Shown: positions 61,510 to 64,000 of the stretch, piece after piece
Position numbering within the stretch: position 1 is the stretch's first letter
How the letters are laid out: every line of letters begins with the position of its first letter
Origin: Squalus acanthias
Lineage: Eukaryota
DNA: 64,000 bases
Direction: 5' to 3'
Assembly: GCA_030390025.1 (NCBI GenBank)
Contig: CM059425.1
Span: 165,046,001-165,110,000, forward strand
Notes under the pieces: model-generated
The model's input: the letters and a program-made list of their open reading frames with translations, nothing else
Told to the model about the DNA's origin: nothing
Databases searched by the model: none
Program-made: the position numbers and the translations under genes

Positions 61510-62419
61510 CCTCTGTACATCAACATTTCCCAATCTATCACCATTTAAATAATACTCTGCCTTTCTGTTTTTCCGACCGAAGTGGATAACTTCACATTTA
61601 TGTGGATAACTTCACATTTATCCAAGCAAGGCGTTCTCCACTTGCAGCAAAACTCCCTGTCATCTCAGCAACTTTAAACAACTCTGTAAAGCTCCAAACA
61701 GTTGCACAAACTTAAACAGAGCCAGTAGAACTGAAAAATCAAGTCAGCTGCAAGTTGTTGATGATCCCTTTAACTAGCTGGTGGGGGGCCTTCCTGCTGC
61801 TGAATGCATGGTCAGCTGGTCGTGATTTGGAAAGGGCGTTAAATGAAGTGGCGATGTTGAAAATGGCAGATCGTGCGTCAAATCAGCGTTGCACACTCAT
61901 TGACGTCACGATCCGCCTCATCTAAATATCTGCAGCGAGCGCAGGCAATGGCAGCGGTGATGACCTGCCCAAAATGGCGGCTGTCGCAGGACCCGCCAGG
62001 AGTGGCTGGAAGCGAAGCGGCCGCCATTTTTTCTTACAACGGTCAGCACTAAATGCTCCATTTCGTGGCCTTGTTCCTTTGTTGGGGAAACTCATTCTTT
62101 TGTTCCTTTATTGGGGACAGAAACATTTCAACTCTAGAGCAAAAGAAAGGTACGGTGAAGGAATGACTGAGCAACATCAGGAGGTGGAAGTAGTTATTTC
62201 CTTTTTTCGTCCTGGCAGCTATTTCGGGAAAGAAGCATTTTTATGGGGGTTTCATTTATCCCTCGGAATGGCAGTCTGAAATCGGTTTGAAGTTTTTGTG
62301 GTGTCTGAATGTCTTATACTGTTACAGACACATTAACGTATTTTCTCTTTTCAGATCCTGATGGAGCTTATGTGTATTTCTAGTACTTTCTCTTTTTGTT
62401 GTCATATTTCTATGCAAAG

Positions 62420-62845
62420 AAAGAAGTTGCATTTATTTATTGCTTTTCATGTGCTCAGGACGCCCCAGTGCACTTTATAGACAGTTGTGTACTGTTCTAA
62501 CGTAGGGAAATATGGCAGCCAGTTTGCGCACAGCGAACTCCCACAAATAGCAATGAGATAAATGACCAGATAATGTCTGTTATAATGATTTTGGTTGAGG
62601 CATAAATGTTGACCAGAAAACTCCTTTGCTTTTGCCATGTGATCTTTTACATTCAATCTGAGAGGATAAACGGGACCTCAGTTTAACATCTCATCTGAAA
62701 GAGAGCATCTCTGATAGTTCAGCACTCCCTCAGTACTTCACTGAAGTGTCAACCTAGACAATGTACTCAAGTTTCTGGAGTGGGGCTTGAACCCATGGAT
62801 TTCTGACTCTGGTGAGAGAGCTACCACTGAGCCAAGGCTGACACT
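62420..62845 (-). mobile_element. DeuSINE (SacSINE1/AmnSINE-like) SINE
   Basis: Minus strand has a tRNA-like head (TGGCTCAGTGGTAGC...GGTTCAAGCCCC), then GAGGGAGTGCTG..CTTTCAGATGAGATGTTAAAC resembling the Deu domain, and an AAATGCAACTT tail. Confidence 0.7.
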
Positions 62846-63296
62846 TGCATTTAGCATTTATAGCATTTATAATTTTTATAAGTATTAACATGTTTAACTT
62901 TTTATCTGCAGTGATAACCAACAGATTTCCTAATTATTATTCAGTTAATTTACACTAAAAACACAATAAAATGTACAGCTACCTTCAGAAATGGATGACT
63001 GGCTGGAAATTAACATTGTTTTGCTTACTTTAGTGTAGACCTTTTGTATTTGGCTGACTTCTTAAAGTGGGATTTTGTAATATAAATTAACAGGATCATA
63101 AATAACTACTTATTTTCTCCTAGTGATTAGAAGAATTAGTAAATATAAATTTTTTATACACTGTATGGGTGAATATTATCTCATGCTGTCGAAGCAATGT
63201 CCCATTGAGCAGTGATTGTAAAATTTTGGCATGATGCATTGGGCTGTAGAAATGTTCTCCAACAATTAGATACATTTTTATAACACCTCTCCACAG

Positions 63297-63411
63297 ATCC
63301 TTATTACGGTTTGAAAGTCCCACATCTGAAGTACCAGTTTCACGAGCCGAACTGATGCAGCTTATTGAAATGTGTCAAGCACTTCAAAAAAGACTGCAAA
63401 AATGTCAAACA
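63297..63411 (+). CDS. Host-gene exon (R)SLLRFESPTSEVPVSRAELMQLIEMCQALQKRLQKCQT; gene continues beyond the window
   Basis: acacctctccacag acceptor and ACA|GTAAGA donor. Phase 2 in, phase 0 out, no stops. Confidence 0.85.
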
Positions 63412-63739
63412 GTAAGATGAAAGCCAAACAAAAGCTGAAGTGTTCTTCATTTCTTATTTGATCACACGAGTAGCAGCTGAAAGAATGCTTGTTTCACTAA
63501 AACAGTATTCTCAAATTTAGGATACTTTGAAGATCATGTTTTAATATTATATCAGTTGTATGAGTAGGTATGCACCTGAACTGTGTACTGTGATTGGTCA
63601 TAATGACTTCCTTATTTAATTTCCTGTGGATGTTACATTTGATCGTGTAATGGTCTAAATATCATTGTAAATTGATTACAAGTAAAGAATGCACAATGGA
63701 TAGCAAAACGAATACCAACATTATCGCACATATGAGAAA

Positions 63740-63850
63740 GCCTTTGTAGCATCGTGACCAAGAGGATGCTGTGAAGGTCAGTAACAGAGGGAAGGTAAGG
63801 TGTGGGACTATTATTGAATGGGGAATTGGGGTTGCGTTCACTGGCATAGA
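63740..63850 (+). mobile_element. Isolated Harbinger intergenic fragment (between Myb and transposase 3' ends)
   Basis: CCAAGAGGATGC..GGTCAGTAACAGAGGGAAGGTAAGGTGTGGGACTATT matches 23284-23370 and 59345-59430. Confidence 0.75.
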
Positions 63851-64000
63851 TGTCGTTAAACCGTTGCATGAGAAATCAATTGAAATACATTTTTAAAAAG
63901 TGAAACATGAACCTCTTGGTCACGAGTTTACTGGTGTAAACCGTGCAGAAGAGTTCAATTAAATTTTTAACAACAACAGACTTTTGAAGAATTCTTGGTG

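Larger units (their letters stand above)
60573..61624 (-). mobile_element. 5'-truncated CR1 LINE
   Basis: RT C-terminal ORFs 61001-61318 and 60665-60970, with a tail at 60573. Confidence 0.93.
57340..62070. mobile_element. Degenerate two-gene Harbinger element (left end not identified)
   Basis: Convergent Myb and transposase pseudogenes, a CR1 insertion, and a subterminal region ending TTTCGTGGCC. Confidence 0.85.

Noticed and set aside
62780..62845. tRNA-like A and B boxes on the minus strand
   Set aside because: Head of a SINE with no complete cloverleaf; not a tRNA gene.

Overview
This is vertebrate nuclear DNA, most likely from a cartilaginous fish (shark), judged from CR1 LINEs with esterase ORF1, HE1-like and DeuSINE-like SINEs and Penelope remnants. 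It is not prokaryotic, so most short ORFs in the track are repeat-derived noise. The window is largely intronic sequence of one + strand host gene for a coiled-coil protein I cannot name. Four phase-compatible exons are well supported (36225-36274, 48415-48514, 56780-56868, 63297-63411). The 5' coding part appears to have been hit twice by retroelements: a ~4.8-kb CR1 six codons after a candidate ATG, and a 107-nt Penelope fragment inside the next exon, which may be rescued by a new 95-nt intron. The introns hold nested transposons: about ten CR1 copies, one RTE, L2 and Penelope remnants, and SINEs. There is also a dense PIF/Harbinger set of six large elements and more than a dozen MITEs with GGSSY-GAWWTT-like TIRs and 3-bp TSDs. 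Two large elements keep intact spliced Myb/SANT genes, and one keeps an intact DDE transposase core. Three Penelope-type minimal hammerhead ribozyme motifs are present, one inside a perfect 79-bp fold-back inserted with a 13-bp TSD. Boundaries marked approximate were set by eye.
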